DNA of 64,000 nt from Actinobacteria bacterium UBA7524 (GCA_002478275.1 DLMY01000036.1:1-64000), one strand, 5' to 3'; positions 1-10,201 are shown, counted from the stretch's first letter. A program made the numbers and translations. Notes: a model not told the origin generated them from the sequence alone.

Positions 1-1280
1 CGGTCGTGTCGATCGTGAAGGTCACGGTCTGCGTGGACTCGACGTTGCCCGCCACATCAACCGACCAGAATCGCAGCTCGTACGAACCCTCCGTAAAGAA
101 TCCCAGCGCCCCCAGGTACTCCTCGGCAGGAGCACCGCTCATCGAGTAGTAAGTCGCCTGCACGCCGGACAGGGCGTCGAAGGCGTCGAGGGTGATGGTG
201 ACATCCTGGGAGGTCGGCGCGGCGGGCACGCCATAGACGGTCGTCGTCGGAGGAGTCTTGTCGATCAGGTACGTGACGGTCTGGGTCTCTTCGGTGTTGC
301 CGGCAACGTCGATCGAGCAGAAGTCGACGGTGCGTGTGCCTTCGACCGTGAGCGACAGGGGCGCGACGTACGTGGCCCACGAACCTCCGTCGATGCGGAA
401 GAGCGTCTCGGCGACACCGGAGACGGCATCGGCGGGATCCAGCTCGACAGAAAGGTCGTGGTTGTAGATACCCGACGGCGGGTCTACCCCGGTGGTGGGT
501 GCTGTCTTGTCGAGCAGGACGACGGCCGTACGCGTCGCCTCGACGTTGCCCGCTACGTCAACTGACCAGTAGGTCAGGGTGACAGTCCCCTCGGTGCTGA
601 TCTCGATAGGACCCGAGTAGTCTTGCGCAGCTCCCCCATCGATTCGGTAGCGGGTGATCGCGACGCCGGAGATCGAGTCACTCGCATCAAGCGACACGAA
701 CACGTTCGCGGTCTGCCAGCCTACGGGAGCGTCATCAGTCGTATGAGGCGCGTCAGTGTCGAGCAGGAACGTAAGGCTGGCCGTCGCCGAGATGTTGCCC
801 GCGGTGTCGACTCCGTACGCCCACACGGTAGTCGTGCCTTCAGCGCTGATCAGAAGCGGGCTCAGATACGCGCTCCAAGGACCGGAGGTCGAGACGGTGC
901 TGTAGAACAGGAGCGCGGCCTCATCGACACCCACTACCGCGTACGGGGTCGCCAAGAACCAGCCGTTCTCGCCGTCCGGCGCCACCGGCACCGACGTGAC
1001 GGTCACGGTCGGCGCTATGGTATCGATCCGCACGGTCGCGGTGCGCGTCGTCTCGACGTTGCCGGCGACATCGACCGACCAGTACTCGAGCGTAGTGGTG
1101 CCTTCAGCGCTGATCGCGATCGGCGTAGTGTACGTCTGCGTGCCGCCTCCATCGATGCGGTAGTACGTCGCGGCGACACCAGAGACCGCGTCGCTCGCAT
1201 CGAGCGTGACGGTGACCGGCTTGCTCGTCTGGATCGGCAGGGACGCATCGTCGGTCGTCGTCGGCGCAACGGTGTCGATC
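1..1280 (-). repeat. Tandem ~84-aa (~250 bp) Ig-like protein repeats, five complete and a sixth starting
   Basis: Recurring pattern D-x-x-A-P-T-T...D-x-x-S-G-V...Y-R-I-D-G-G...E-G-T...W-S-V-D-V-A-G-N-V-E; the units are diverged at the DNA level. Confidence 0.85.
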
Positions 1281-4087
1281 GGCACCTGGGCCGACGCGCT
1301 TGCATCGCGAGGATTCAGCCCGCCCGTATCGACAGCACCCGTGGACACCACCGAGTTCGTTGCGCTGTTCCCGGGTGGCTCGTCGATTACGGTGAACTCC
1401 ACCGTCACCGTCGTCGTCTCCCCCTCATCAAGAGCGCCGATCGTGCTCCAATACAGCATGCCCGCCGCGGTGACCGTCGGCGTCGTACTCGCCGAGGAGA
1501 ACTCGAGGTAGCTTGCAGGATAAGTGTCGTGCAACGGTACCGTGACCAGGTCGGTATCGCCTGTGTTCTCGACGACGACATGGAACCTCGCGGTCGAGCC
1601 GAGGCCCTGGTAGGTCATACCGGCAGACTCCCAGAGCTTGGAGAGCGTGAGAGCGGGTTCCTCGCCAGGTGAGAAGAAGGTCGTCTCGGCCTCGTCGATC
1701 CAAAGATCGCCCGAGGTGGTCCAGGTGACGTCGATGTTGTAGAGGCCCCAGTCGATGAACTCGCTGTTCGATAACTCCCAGGAGTGGGTGAACGAGCTTT
1801 CTCCGGCCACATCCACGTACTCATCGAGGTACGTGTAGACGGAACCGGAGGAATAGGTTTGCGGATAGCCGCTTGTGTCTATATAGCGGTCGCCGGCGTT
1901 GAAGGATCCGTTGCCGTCAGCATCGAACCAGATGAGGTACTCGAGATTCGAGTCGGTGATGTTGCTCTCGCCGAAGTTCTGGAGAAGCGCATCGACCCGC
2001 ACGGTGGTGTTCGATGTGGCGGCGTCGGTCGCGCTGAGTTCGACGATCCTCGCATTGCGGGTAAGGGTGAAGGGGACCTCGGCCACGGTCGCGCCACCAC
2101 TGGTGGTCGCGTAGTTCACGTACCAGACGCCCAGGGGTGACGAATATGTCGACTCATAGTAGCTGTCAGCTTGCTGGAAGATGACGTTCGATGATGTGTT
2201 CTTGAGGCGATTGCGGGCGGGGTCGTCCCAGCGGAAGAAGACCGTCGTATCACTGAGCCCGGATGCCTGTGCGTAGATGGTATCGCCTGCACGGAAGACC
2301 GTCTCTGGCGTGCGGAACCCGGGGTCGGAGAAGGTCGTCAGTCTCACGACCGTGGTCGTGTCGGAGACGGTGTCGGATACGGACGTGTCGTCGTGCAGCT
2401 CCGCTCTGATGGTGGTGGTATTCGTGTTTCCGACGCCCGCGGTGATAGGAACCCGCACTCTGACCAGGATCTCAGCTGATTCGCCTTGGCCAAGCACTAG
2501 AGAGGTGATCTGGTCGACTCCGCCCTCATCGAAGATGCGGACATTCCATGTTGGTGACGTCGCATACGATAGGTCTATCGTCTGCGTGGTCCCGGTGCTG
2601 TTCGTAACCGTGTGCCGGTAGGTGGCCACCGATCCGGCTACGGTCGAGGCCTCCTCGTTCTTCCTGATGTCCACAGGAAGACGCACTGTAGAGATGTCGC
2701 GCGCGTAGGTGCCGTAGGCCGCGTTCTCGCGGGCCACACCTCTCAGTTCGCTGACGTCGACGTGGCCTAGCGAGGCGTCTGACGGGCTGGTCACGCGGAG
2801 CAGAACGGGGACCTGATCCCCAGGTGGCACTACCACGCTGGGCCGTGGAGTGCTGCGGTCGGTGTCATACACCGCGACGTCCCACTTCGACCACGAGTAA
2901 CCACTCAGGTCGACAGTAAGGGTAGTCTCGGTGTTGTTGGCGATGTAGTGAGGGTAGAAGATGGTGGTATCCGCGGCGATTGTCGAGGCGTTGTTCGGGT
3001 AGATCGTGAGCAGGCCGATGTAAGTGCGGTCGGTGACGCTTGCGTACACGCGCTCATCGAAGCGAGATGTCGCCTGAAGCCGCGTCGTAGCGACGGTGCC
3101 GACCGTTGCGGTCGAGGGAACGGAAACCTCTACGTAGACCGTGGTGGTCTCGACACTCGCGAGTACGATCCTCTCGAATTCGACTTCTGTGATGGTGTTT
3201 CCATGTGCGTCGGTCACGCGGGTCGGCCAACCTTCGATGGTGGTCGCCTCAAGGTCGAAGATGTCGGGGACGTTGCCGAACTGCGAGAGCGTATGAGCGT
3301 ACGTGATCACGCCGCCGGGCTCGATCGAACCCGACCTATCCGGCACGATTGAGACTGTGGTGTATCCGGTCGATATGCCGTTCGCGTTGTCCTGGATCTG
3401 GGACGGGATGTTGTTCATGCCGCATGCGGCGTGGATGTTGATGGGGCTGCCTGGCGTCAAACCGAGCGCCGACCATGCGACCTTGAACTCGATCGAGACG
3501 CTGTCGTACGTGCCCACCGCCCCGTTAGCGGCGGCCATGGTGGGACGGAAGGCCGCAATGGCTGTGCCCTTGGTGCCCAGGACCGTGACCCCGTCACTTC
3601 CCAGCGGATCGGTGGTACCGGCGCCTCCAGATGGGCGGTACCAGTATCCCGTGGCTCCGTTGTTCGTAAGGCCGTCCTTGTTGACCACGTACTCCAGCAA
3701 GTAATCCGTGCTGCCGAGCCGCCCGTCGTTGTTCGCGTCGATATAGAAGTAGAAGTTGGTGTTCATGTTGGGGTCGGCCGAACGCCTGACATAGAAGTAC
3801 AGGTTGTTCTGGTCCCATGTCGTCGCGAACCTCACGATGTCGCGGTCGCGCTGGCCGGGAACGTCCGGGTCTGAAGCGCCGCTCGAGTCGAACACGATGC
3901 TCTGCGGGTCCGAGAGCACGTTCTCCCAGTCGTCGAAGTTGCCGTCGATGGTGATCGACGCCAGCACGATCGACAGCGCAGCCATCACGCCTGCAATCAC
4001 GAGCGCAACGGTCAGCGTGGTGCTGACCACCAGCCGCCAGGTGACCGAAGGTACACGTGATCGAAGTCGGAGGAGTCCTGTGCGCAC
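1..4087 (-). CDS. Large secreted multidomain surface protein/adhesin, 3'-partial (>1362 aa): signal peptide, CBM9/DOMON-like domain, three ~110-aa beta-sandwich repeats, DUF11-like domain, >=5 Ig-like repeats
   Basis: Hand translation gives one open frame from GTG at 4087 (AAGGGA RBS 7 nt upstream) to the window edge. N-terminus MRTGLLRLRSRVPSVTWRLVVSTTLTVALVIAGVMAALSIVLA followed by ITIDGNFDDW. Absent from the ORF track because it has no stop in the window. Confidence 0.88.
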   Translation of the reverse strand, partial: MRTGLLRLRSRVPSVTWRLVVSTTLTVALVIAGVMAALSIVLASITIDGNFDDWENVLSDPQSIVFDSSGASDPDVPGQRDRDIVRFATTWDQNNLYFYVRRSADPNMNTNFYFYIDANNDGRLGSTDYLLEYVVNKDGLTNNGATGYWYRPSGGAGTTDPLGSDGVTVLGTKGTAIAAFRPTMAAANGAVGTYDSVSIEFKVAWSALGLTPGSPINIHAACGMNNIPSQIQDNANGISTGYTTVSIVPDRSGSIEPGGVITYAHTLSQFGNVPDIFDLEATTIEGWPTRVTDAHGNTITEVEFERIVLASVETTTVYVEVSVPSTATVGTVATTRLQATSRFDERVYASVTDRTYIGLLTIYPNNASTIAADTTIFYPHYIANNTETTLTVDLSGYSWSKWDVAVYDTDRSTPRPSVVVPPGDQVPVLLRVTSPSDASLGHVDVSELRGVARENAAYGTYARDISTVRLPVDIRKNEEASTVAGSVATYRHTVTNSTGTTQTIDLSYATSPTWNVRIFDEGGVDQITSLVLGQGESAEILVRVRVPITAGVGNTNTTTIRAELHDDTSVSDTVSDTTTVVRLTTFSDPGFRTPETVFRAGDTIYAQASGLSDTTVFFRWDDPARNRLKNTSSNVIFQQADSYYESTYSSPLGVWYVNYATTSGGATVAEVPFTLTRNARIVELSATDAATSNTTVRVDALLQNFGESNITDSNLEYLIWFDADGNGSFNAGDRYIDTSGYPQTYSSGSVYTYLDEYVDVAGESSFTHSWELSNSEFIDWGLYNIDVTWTTSGDLWIDEAETTFFSPGEEPALTLSKLWESAGMTYQGLGSTARFHVVVENTGDTDLVTVPLHDTYPASYLEFSSASTTPTVTAAGMLYWSTIGALDEGETTTVTVEFTVIDEPPGNSATNSVVSTGAVDTGGLNPRDASASAQVPIDTVAPTTTDDASLPIQTSKPVTVTLDASDAVSGVAATYYRIDGGGTQTYTTPIAISAEGTTTLEYWSVDVAGNVETTRTATVRIDTIAPTVTVTSVPVAPDGENGWFLATPYAVVGVDEAALLFYSTVSTSGPWSAYLSPLLISAEGTTTVWAYGVDTAGNISATASLTFLLDTDAPHTTDDAPVGWQTANVFVSLDASDSISGVAITRYRIDGGAAQDYSGPIEISTEGTVTLTYWSVDVAGNVEATRTAVVLLDKTAPTTGVDPPSGIYNHDLSVELDPADAVSGVAETLFRIDGGSWATYVAPLSLTVEGTRTVDFCSIDVAGNTEETQTVTYLIDKTPPTTTVYGVPAAPTSQDVTITLDAFDALSGVQATYYSMSGAPAEEYLGALGFFTEGSYELRFWSVDVAGNVESTQTVTFTIDTT

Positions 4088-4147
4088 AGGCACTTCCCTT
4101 CTGCGGCTACGCTAATGGCACCGCTGGAACGCCGATATAGCACTCGC

Positions 4148-4194
4148 ATTATACCCTTTTGGGTATCCAATATTCATGTATTTATATTATCGGC
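4148..4194 (-). promoter_or_regulatory. AT-rich promoter region of the surface-protein gene: TATAAT (4148-4153), ATACCC-N4-GGGTAT palindrome (4151-4166), GCCGATAA (4187-4194)
   Basis: Motifs read directly on the minus strand; -35 elements are poor for both candidate promoters. Confidence 0.55.
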
Positions 4195-4293
4195 GCAGGT
4201 AGGATGGGTAGTCAGTGACGGCTGACAGCCGTGCGACAATGTGTGATGAACGGTACTTCAGGGGTCGCAATCGCCCGACGAACGGTCGTGGCG

Positions 4294-5544
4294 TTAAGAA
4301 TTGCTCTCCGAAAGGCCGAATCCGGCGTGCAGAGCATGGATGGCGTCTGTCGTGCTGTCCGCCGGAACCAACACGGAGATGGTCGTGTGTGAGTCAGCGG
4401 TCTGCAGGACGGTCACGCCTGCAGTGTTGAGGTACTCCGCCATGTGCGCCATGACGCCAGGGACGCCGTGCATGCCTGCGCCGACCAGAGTGACCTTGCT
4501 CAACCCGGCCTGGACCTGGAAGGTCAGACCGAGCTCACTCAGTACCTCACAAGCCTTGTCCAGCAACGCCTCGGCCACGGTGAAAACCAGCGACTCCCCT
4601 ACCGGCGTGAACATGTCGAGGGATACGCAGGCATCGGCCATGGCCCGGTAGACGCGGGTCTGGGCGGCCATGTGCGCGAGTGTCCCCTCGGGAGCCGGGA
4701 GGGCTACACGGACTCGCGCGATGCCGGTCGCGTGTGAGATCGCGGTGGCGACTGAGTCGGGACGGTACGCAGCGATGTCTGCTACCAGGGTCCCGGGATG
4801 GTCCGTGTACGTGTTGCGCACCCTGACCTGAAGTCCACTGGCCAAAGCGAGCTCGGCTGCAGGGGTGTGCACCACCCTCGCACCGTGGCGAGCCAGCTGG
4901 AAGAGCTCATCGGCACGTATCGCCTCGAGTGTGACCGCATCGCCGCATGCCCGAGGATCGGCACTGGCCACGCCGTCGACGTCCGTGTAGATCTCGACAG
5001 ACTCCGCCTCCAGAGCCACACCGAGCGCACACGCCGTGGTGTCGCTTCCGCCACGCCCGAGCGTCGTGAGCCGGCCGTTGTCTGCCATTCCCTGGAACCC
5101 CGCCACGACCGGGACGACCCCGGCATCGACCGCACTTCGCAACGACCCCGGGTGTATCTCCGTGATCGCCGAGGAGCCACTGACCCCGTCGGTGGCGATA
5201 CCGGCTTCGGGCCCGGTGAAGGCCTTGGCGGGAATGCCCGAAGCGCGCAACTCGTGCGCGAGGGTGACCGCGGAGATGATCTCCCCTGTCGCCATGAGCC
5301 AGTCGCGCTCAGCTTCGTCTGAGGGAAGATCGGCTACCAGAGACAAGAGCGTGTCGGTCGCATACGGATCGCCGGCACGGCCCATGGCAGAGACGACAAC
5401 AACAGGAGCCTGCCCCGCGGCTATGCGCTCCTCGACTCGGCGGCACACCGCACCGCGACCCTCGGCGGTCGCGACTGAGGTACCGCCGAACTTCATGACG
5501 ACGATGGACGCTTCGCCTTGTTTCCGGTCGTTCGAGCTGCTCAC
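4294..5544 (-). CDS. lysC: Aspartate kinase (DapG/LysC type)
   Basis: MKFGGTSV, VVVSAMG, TTLGRGGSDTTA, IYTDVDG, C-terminal ACT domains; GTG start after GGAGG just past the dapB stop. Confidence 0.95.
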   Translation of the reverse strand: MSSSNDRKQGEASIVVMKFGGTSVATAEGRGAVCRRVEERIAAGQAPVVVVSAMGRAGDPYATDTLLSLVADLPSDEAERDWLMATGEIISAVTLAHELRASGIPAKAFTGPEAGIATDGVSGSSAITEIHPGSLRSAVDAGVVPVVAGFQGMADNGRLTTLGRGGSDTTACALGVALEAESVEIYTDVDGVASADPRACGDAVTLEAIRADELFQLARHGARVVHTPAAELALASGLQVRVRNTYTDHPGTLVADIAAYRPDSVATAISHATGIARVRVALPAPEGTLAHMAAQTRVYRAMADACVSLDMFTPVGESLVFTVAEALLDKACEVLSELGLTFQVQAGLSKVTLVGAGMHGVPGVMAHMAEYLNTAGVTVLQTADSHTTISVLVPADSTTDAIHALHAGFGLSESNS

Positions 5545-5545
5545 T

Positions 5546-6337
5546 TCAGTCCTCCATGAGTGACTCGAGGCCGATGACCAGGCCACTTCTGGCCCGTGCG
5601 GCTCTCACCGCAAGAACGACTCCGGGCATGAAGCTGGTGCGGTCGATGGAATCGTGCCTGATGGACAGAGTCTGCCCCTGACCGCCGAACAAGACCTCCT
5701 GGTGTGCGACGAGACCGGGAAGCCTGACCGAATGCACGGTGACATCTCGAACGGAACCGCCACGGGCACCCTCGACGATCTCCGTCTCACGCCCTGGAGT
5801 GGAAGGCACCTCTGCGCGGGCGTCGGCGATCAGCCCGGCGGTCCTCATGGCGGTACCGCTCGGGGCGTCGACCTTCTTGTCGTGATGCAGTTCGATGATC
5901 TCCACATACGGCATGAAACGGGCCGCTTCGGTGGCGAAACGCATCATCAGCACCGCGCCGATCGCGAAGTTCGGGGCCATGAACAGGCACGTGCCCTCCG
6001 GCGCGGAAGCTGCCAGCTGCGAGAGTGTCTCCTCGGGCAGACCGGTGGTCCCCACCACACAGTCCACGCCTGCTGTCAGGGCGGTTCGCAGATTCGCTTC
6101 CACGACGTCGGGATGGGTGAAGTCGACCAACACCGCGGCCGGATGGGCCGCGACCGCTTCGTGCAGGTCGGTCTGGCATATGACTTCACCGCCTGCCCCG
6201 TCATCGACGGGTCTGCCCGACCACCCGGGATCCACGGCGGCTGCTACGCGCATGCCGTCAGCCGCGGTGACCGCCCTCACGACTTCGCGCCCCATCTTCC
6301 CTGCCGCTCCAGCGACGATGACATCGATCATGTTCAC
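5546..6337 (-). CDS. dapB: 4-hydroxy-tetrahydrodipicolinate reductase
   Basis: GAAGKMG, VDFT, GTTG, APNFAIG, ELHHDKKVDAPSGTA. Confidence 0.97.
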   Translation of the reverse strand: MNMIDVIVAGAAGKMGREVVRAVTAADGMRVAAAVDPGWSGRPVDDGAGGEVICQTDLHEAVAAHPAAVLVDFTHPDVVEANLRTALTAGVDCVVGTTGLPEETLSQLAASAPEGTCLFMAPNFAIGAVLMMRFATEAARFMPYVEIIELHHDKKVDAPSGTAMRTAGLIADARAEVPSTPGRETEIVEGARGGSVRDVTVHSVRLPGLVAHQEVLFGGQGQTLSIRHDSIDRTSFMPGVVLAVRAARARSGLVIGLESLMED

Positions 6338-6344
6338 AAACCCC

Positions 6345-7732
6345 CTAACCTGCTAGATGCGCTACGTCTTCAGCAGTATATGGTCCGATGAGCGCGAGTG
6401 CTCGCTCAGCGGAGAAGATCTCCTCGGCGACGCGGATGACGTCACGCTGGGAGACACGGTTCACTCGCTCGACGAGTTCGTCGACGGAAAGCATCTCTCC
6501 GCCTGTGACGCTGTTCTTCCCGAGTCTGGTCATGCGGTTGCGGGTGTTCTCGAGGCCGAGGACCAAGTGCCCCTTCATCGAGTCCTTTGCGCGGGTGAGC
6601 TCCTCTGCGGTGATGCCCTTGGTGCAAACGCGCTCGATCTCGGCCTGGATCATGCGGACCACCTGTTCCGTGTTGCCTGGGCGCGTGCCGGCGTACACGG
6701 CGAACTGGCCGGTGTCCTGGAACAGCGAATGGAAGGAGTAGACGGCGTATGCCAGACCCTTCTTCTCGCGGATCTCCTGGAACAGGCGGCTCGACATGCC
6801 TCCGCCGAGCACGGTGTCGAGGACGGACAGTACGAAGCGGTCCTCGTGGTGCGCGTTGAGGCACGCGACACCGTAACAGATGTGCGACTGTTCGGTGTCC
6901 TTCTCCAGCACGGACAAACGCGTCGATGCTGCGGGGCGCACCGCAGGTCGGTCGGTGCGCTCTCCAGGAGGCGAATGGAGATGCTCCCTGACCAAGGCGA
7001 CGAGCGCGTCGTGATCGACGTGACCTGCCGCCGCGACGAAGCAGTTGCCGGTCAGGTAGTGGCGCTCGTGAAACGCGGTCGCCCGGGGGTGGTCGAATGA
7101 ACCGACGGTCTCCCTGCTGCCCAGGATGGGCAGGCCGATCGGATGGTCCGGCCAGAGAGTGCGCGCGAACTGCTCGTGGATGCGGTCATCGGGAGAGTCT
7201 TCCATGCGGGCGATCTCCTCGATGACCACTTCACGCTCGTTGGCGCAGGCATCGTCGGCCAGGAGCGAGTCGACGACCATGTCTGAGAGCACCTCTACGG
7301 CGACGGGGACATGCTCGTCGACCACGCGCGCGTAGTAGCAGGTGTATTCCTTGGAGGTGAAAGCGTTGAGTTCCGCGCCGAGCCCGTCGAACGTCTCGGA
7401 GATCTGGGCGGCGGTGCGCTTGGGTGTGCCCTTGAACATCATGTGTTCCANNNNNNNNNNNNNNNNNNNNNNNNNNNNNNNNNNNNNNNNNNNNNNNNNN
7501 NNNNNNNNNNNNNNNNNNNNNNNNNNNNNNNNNNNNNNNNNNNNNNNNNNNNNNNNNNNNNNNNNCCCTTGAACATCATGTGTTCCATGAAGTGGGACAT
7601 GCCGGCTTCGTCGGGGCTCTCGTCACGGCTGCCAACCGCGAACCAGGCGCCGATCGCGACGGAGCGGACCGTATCCATGGTCTCCGTCAGGACGGTGACG
7701 CCGTTCTCAAGGACGGTCTGTTCGTAGAACAT
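6345..7732 (-). CDS. M16 (pitrilysin/PepR/MlpA-like) zinc peptidase, split by an assembly gap
   Basis: HFMEH (HxxEH) motif, LNAFTSKEYTCY, MSSRLFQEIRE. Removing the gap and the 22-bp overlap gives an in-frame 416-aa ORF. Confidence 0.92.
7451..7565. other. Assembly gap (115 N) with 22-bp duplicated flanks
   Basis: cccttgaacatcatgtgttcca occurs on both sides of the gap. Confidence 0.95.
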
Positions 7733-7816
7733 CTGAGAGACCCTTCGTGTCGGGCTGATGCGTTTCGCGATGCTTGCGATACGCATCAGCCGGAGGTGGT
7801 TCTTGCCGGTAGCATA

Positions 7817-7848
7817 CGGGGCGGCCCGGCACTGCCGGAACCGCCCCG
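7817..7848 (-). terminator. GC-rich hairpin downstream of pnp
   Basis: cggggcgg...ccggc-act-gccgg...ccgccccg inverted repeat; no strong U-tract, followed by a TATGCT possible -10. Confidence 0.55.
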
Positions 7849-7877
7849 CACTGAGACATGATGGCGACGGCTATGCT

Positions 7878-10070
7878 CTAGTGCCGGCGGCGGGGCTTGC
7901 GGTCGGAGCCACCATCGCGGCGCGGACCGCGGTCACGGTCGCCCGGGCCGGATCCTACGGGACCGCCTGAGCTGCCGCCCTTACTGGGAGGAGCTTCTGG
8001 TTTGTCGAGACGGTCGAGCGAGACTTTCCCGCGATCGTCGATGTCGATGATCTCCACTTCGACCTCATCGCCGACGGCCAGCACGTCCTCGACCTTGTCC
8101 ACACGGCCCTTGGCGACCCGCGAGATGTGGAGCAGGCCGTCCTTACCGGGGATCAGCTCTATGAAAGCACCGAACGCCTGGATCGAGACGACGCGACCCT
8201 TGTACTTCTCGCCGATCTCGGGCTCCTTGACGATGAGCTCGATGCGGCGACGGGCCTCCTCGCCACCCAGATCGCGGGAGGCGATGAAGATGGTGCCGTC
8301 TTCCTGGATGTCGATGTGCGCGCCGGTCTCCTCCTGGATACCCCGCACGACCTTGCCGCCCGATCCGATGACGTCGCGGATCTTGTCGGTGGGAACCTTG
8401 ATGGTCAGGATGCGCGGCGCGTACTCCTTGAGCTCCGCACGCGGCACGTCGATGGCTTCGAGCATCTTGCCCAGGATGTGCGCACGACCGGCGTTGGCCT
8501 GGCGCAGTGCGGTCTCCAGGATCTCGTAGGAAAGGCCCTTGGCCTTGTTGTCCATCTGAAGCGCGGTGATACCGTGCTCGGTACCCGCTACCTTGAAGTC
8601 CATATCGCCGAGGAAATCCTCGAGCCCCTGGATGTCGGAGAGGACGGCGACCTCGTCACCTTCCTTGATGAGGCCCATCGCGATACCCGAGACCGGTGCG
8701 CTGATCGGCACGCCGGCATCCATGAGCGCGAGAGTCGAGCCACATACCGACCCCATGGAACTCGAGCCGTTCGACTCCAGGACCTCGGAGACGATGCGGA
8801 TGGTGTACGGGAACTCATCTTCTGCGGGAAGTACCGGGACCAGTGCACGCTCGGCAAGGGCGCCATGACCGATCTCGCGGCGCTTGGGGCCGCGCATGAA
8901 GCCGGTCTCGCCGGTGCAGAACGGCGGGAAGTTGTAGTGGTGCAGGTAGCGCTTGCCTTCCGACACGTCGATGGTGTCGATACGCTGCCACTCCGAGAGC
9001 ATGCCCAGCGTGAGCACGGAAAGCACCTGGGTCTGACCGCGGGTGAACAGGCCGGACCCGTGCGCGCGCGGAAGATAACCGGCGACACTGGTGACCTGTC
9101 GGATCTCGTCGGTCTTGCGGCCGTCCGCGCGCTCGCCCTCATCCAGGACCATGCGGCGCATCGTCTTCTTCTCAAGCTCCTTGAGCAGGGCCTTGATGTC
9201 CTTGCCGCTCGCTGCAAGCTCCTCTTCGCTGAAGGTGGCGAGGATCTCGTCTTTGACCGCAGCGACGTCGTCCATTCGCGAATGCTTGTCGGGATTGTGC
9301 AGAGCGGCACGCATCTTGTCGGCACCAGCGGCGAAGATGCGCTCACGCAGGGACCCGTCTATCGCGTAGAGCGGAACGTCCATCGGGGTGATGTCGGCGA
9401 TCTTGGCGATGAAGCGCTCCTGGACCGCACAGAACTCCTTGATAGCCTCCTGGGCGAAGGTCAGTGCCGCAAGCATGTCGTCCTCGGAGACCTCGTACGC
9501 GCCAGCTTCGATCATGTAGACGGCGTCGGGAGATCCGGCGACCACGAGGTCGAGGTCGGAATCCTCGAGCTCGTCGAAGGTGGGGTTGACCACGAATTGG
9601 CCGTCGACCCTTGCGATCCTCACGCCAGCCAGTGGTCCCTCGAACGGGATCCCTGCGGCGAGCAATGCGGCAGAGGCGCCCATGATGCTGATGATATCCG
9701 GCTGGCTGACCTGGTCTGCCGACAGTACGGTCGCGATGATCTGGACTTCGTTGCGGAACCCATCGGCGAATGCCGAGCGAAGCGGACGGTCGATCATGCG
9801 CGCGGTCAGGATGGCCTTCTCGCTGGGCCGGGCTTCACGCTTGATGAATCCGCCCGGCAACTTGCCCGCGGCGTACATGCGCTCCTCGAAATCCACGGTC
9901 AGCGGGAAGAAATCCAGGTCCTTGGGCTGACGCGACGCCGTGGCGGTTACGAGCACCATCGTGTCGCCCTGGCGGACTACGACGGCTCCACCCGCCTGCT
10001 TGGCCAGCTCTCCCGTCTCCAGAACGTATTCCTTGCCGAACAGTTCGAAACTCTCAGTGACCTTGTTCAT
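7878..10070 (-). CDS. pnp: Polyribonucleotide nucleotidyltransferase
   Basis: DFFPLTVDFEER, HGSGLFTRGQTQ, SNGSSSM, DMDFKVAG, KH and S1 domains. Confidence 0.99.
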   Translation of the reverse strand: MNKVTESFELFGKEYVLETGELAKQAGGAVVVRQGDTMVLVTATASRQPKDLDFFPLTVDFEERMYAAGKLPGGFIKREARPSEKAILTARMIDRPLRSAFADGFRNEVQIIATVLSADQVSQPDIISIMGASAALLAAGIPFEGPLAGVRIARVDGQFVVNPTFDELEDSDLDLVVAGSPDAVYMIEAGAYEVSEDDMLAALTFAQEAIKEFCAVQERFIAKIADITPMDVPLYAIDGSLRERIFAAGADKMRAALHNPDKHSRMDDVAAVKDEILATFSEEELAASGKDIKALLKELEKKTMRRMVLDEGERADGRKTDEIRQVTSVAGYLPRAHGSGLFTRGQTQVLSVLTLGMLSEWQRIDTIDVSEGKRYLHHYNFPPFCTGETGFMRGPKRREIGHGALAERALVPVLPAEDEFPYTIRIVSEVLESNGSSSMGSVCGSTLALMDAGVPISAPVSGIAMGLIKEGDEVAVLSDIQGLEDFLGDMDFKVAGTEHGITALQMDNKAKGLSYEILETALRQANAGRAHILGKMLEAIDVPRAELKEYAPRILTIKVPTDKIRDVIGSGGKVVRGIQEETGAHIDIQEDGTIFIASRDLGGEEARRRIELIVKEPEIGEKYKGRVVSIQAFGAFIELIPGKDGLLHISRVAKGRVDKVEDVLAVGDEVEVEIIDIDDRGKVSLDRLDKPEAPPSKGGSSGGPVGSGPGDRDRGPRRDGGSDRKPRRRH

Positions 10071-10155
10071 CTCTCTACTTCCTCTTCCTCACCACCGGCG
10101 CCCCTTGCGCCAGCGGCTCGATCCTGTGGCCCGCATCCGGCGGGCCGTTCAACAA

Positions 10156-10183
10156 CGAAGGCGGGGTATCCTCCCCGCCTTCG
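10156..10183 (-). terminator. Intrinsic terminator after rpsO
   Basis: Perfect 11-bp stem cgaaggcgggg/ccccgccttcg followed by TTGTT on the minus strand. Confidence 0.7.
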
Positions 10184-10201
10184 GATGTCCCATGTGGTTC
10201 G

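Noticed and set aside
1..1280. ~250-bp periodic repeats as a CRISPR or non-coding array
   Set aside because: They are degenerate in-frame protein-domain repeats.
7429..7587. Direct repeats flanking the N-run in the M16 peptidase, resembling a target-site duplication
   Set aside because: Contig-end overlap; merging restores an in-frame ORF and the HxxEH motif. The same pattern occurs at all three gaps.
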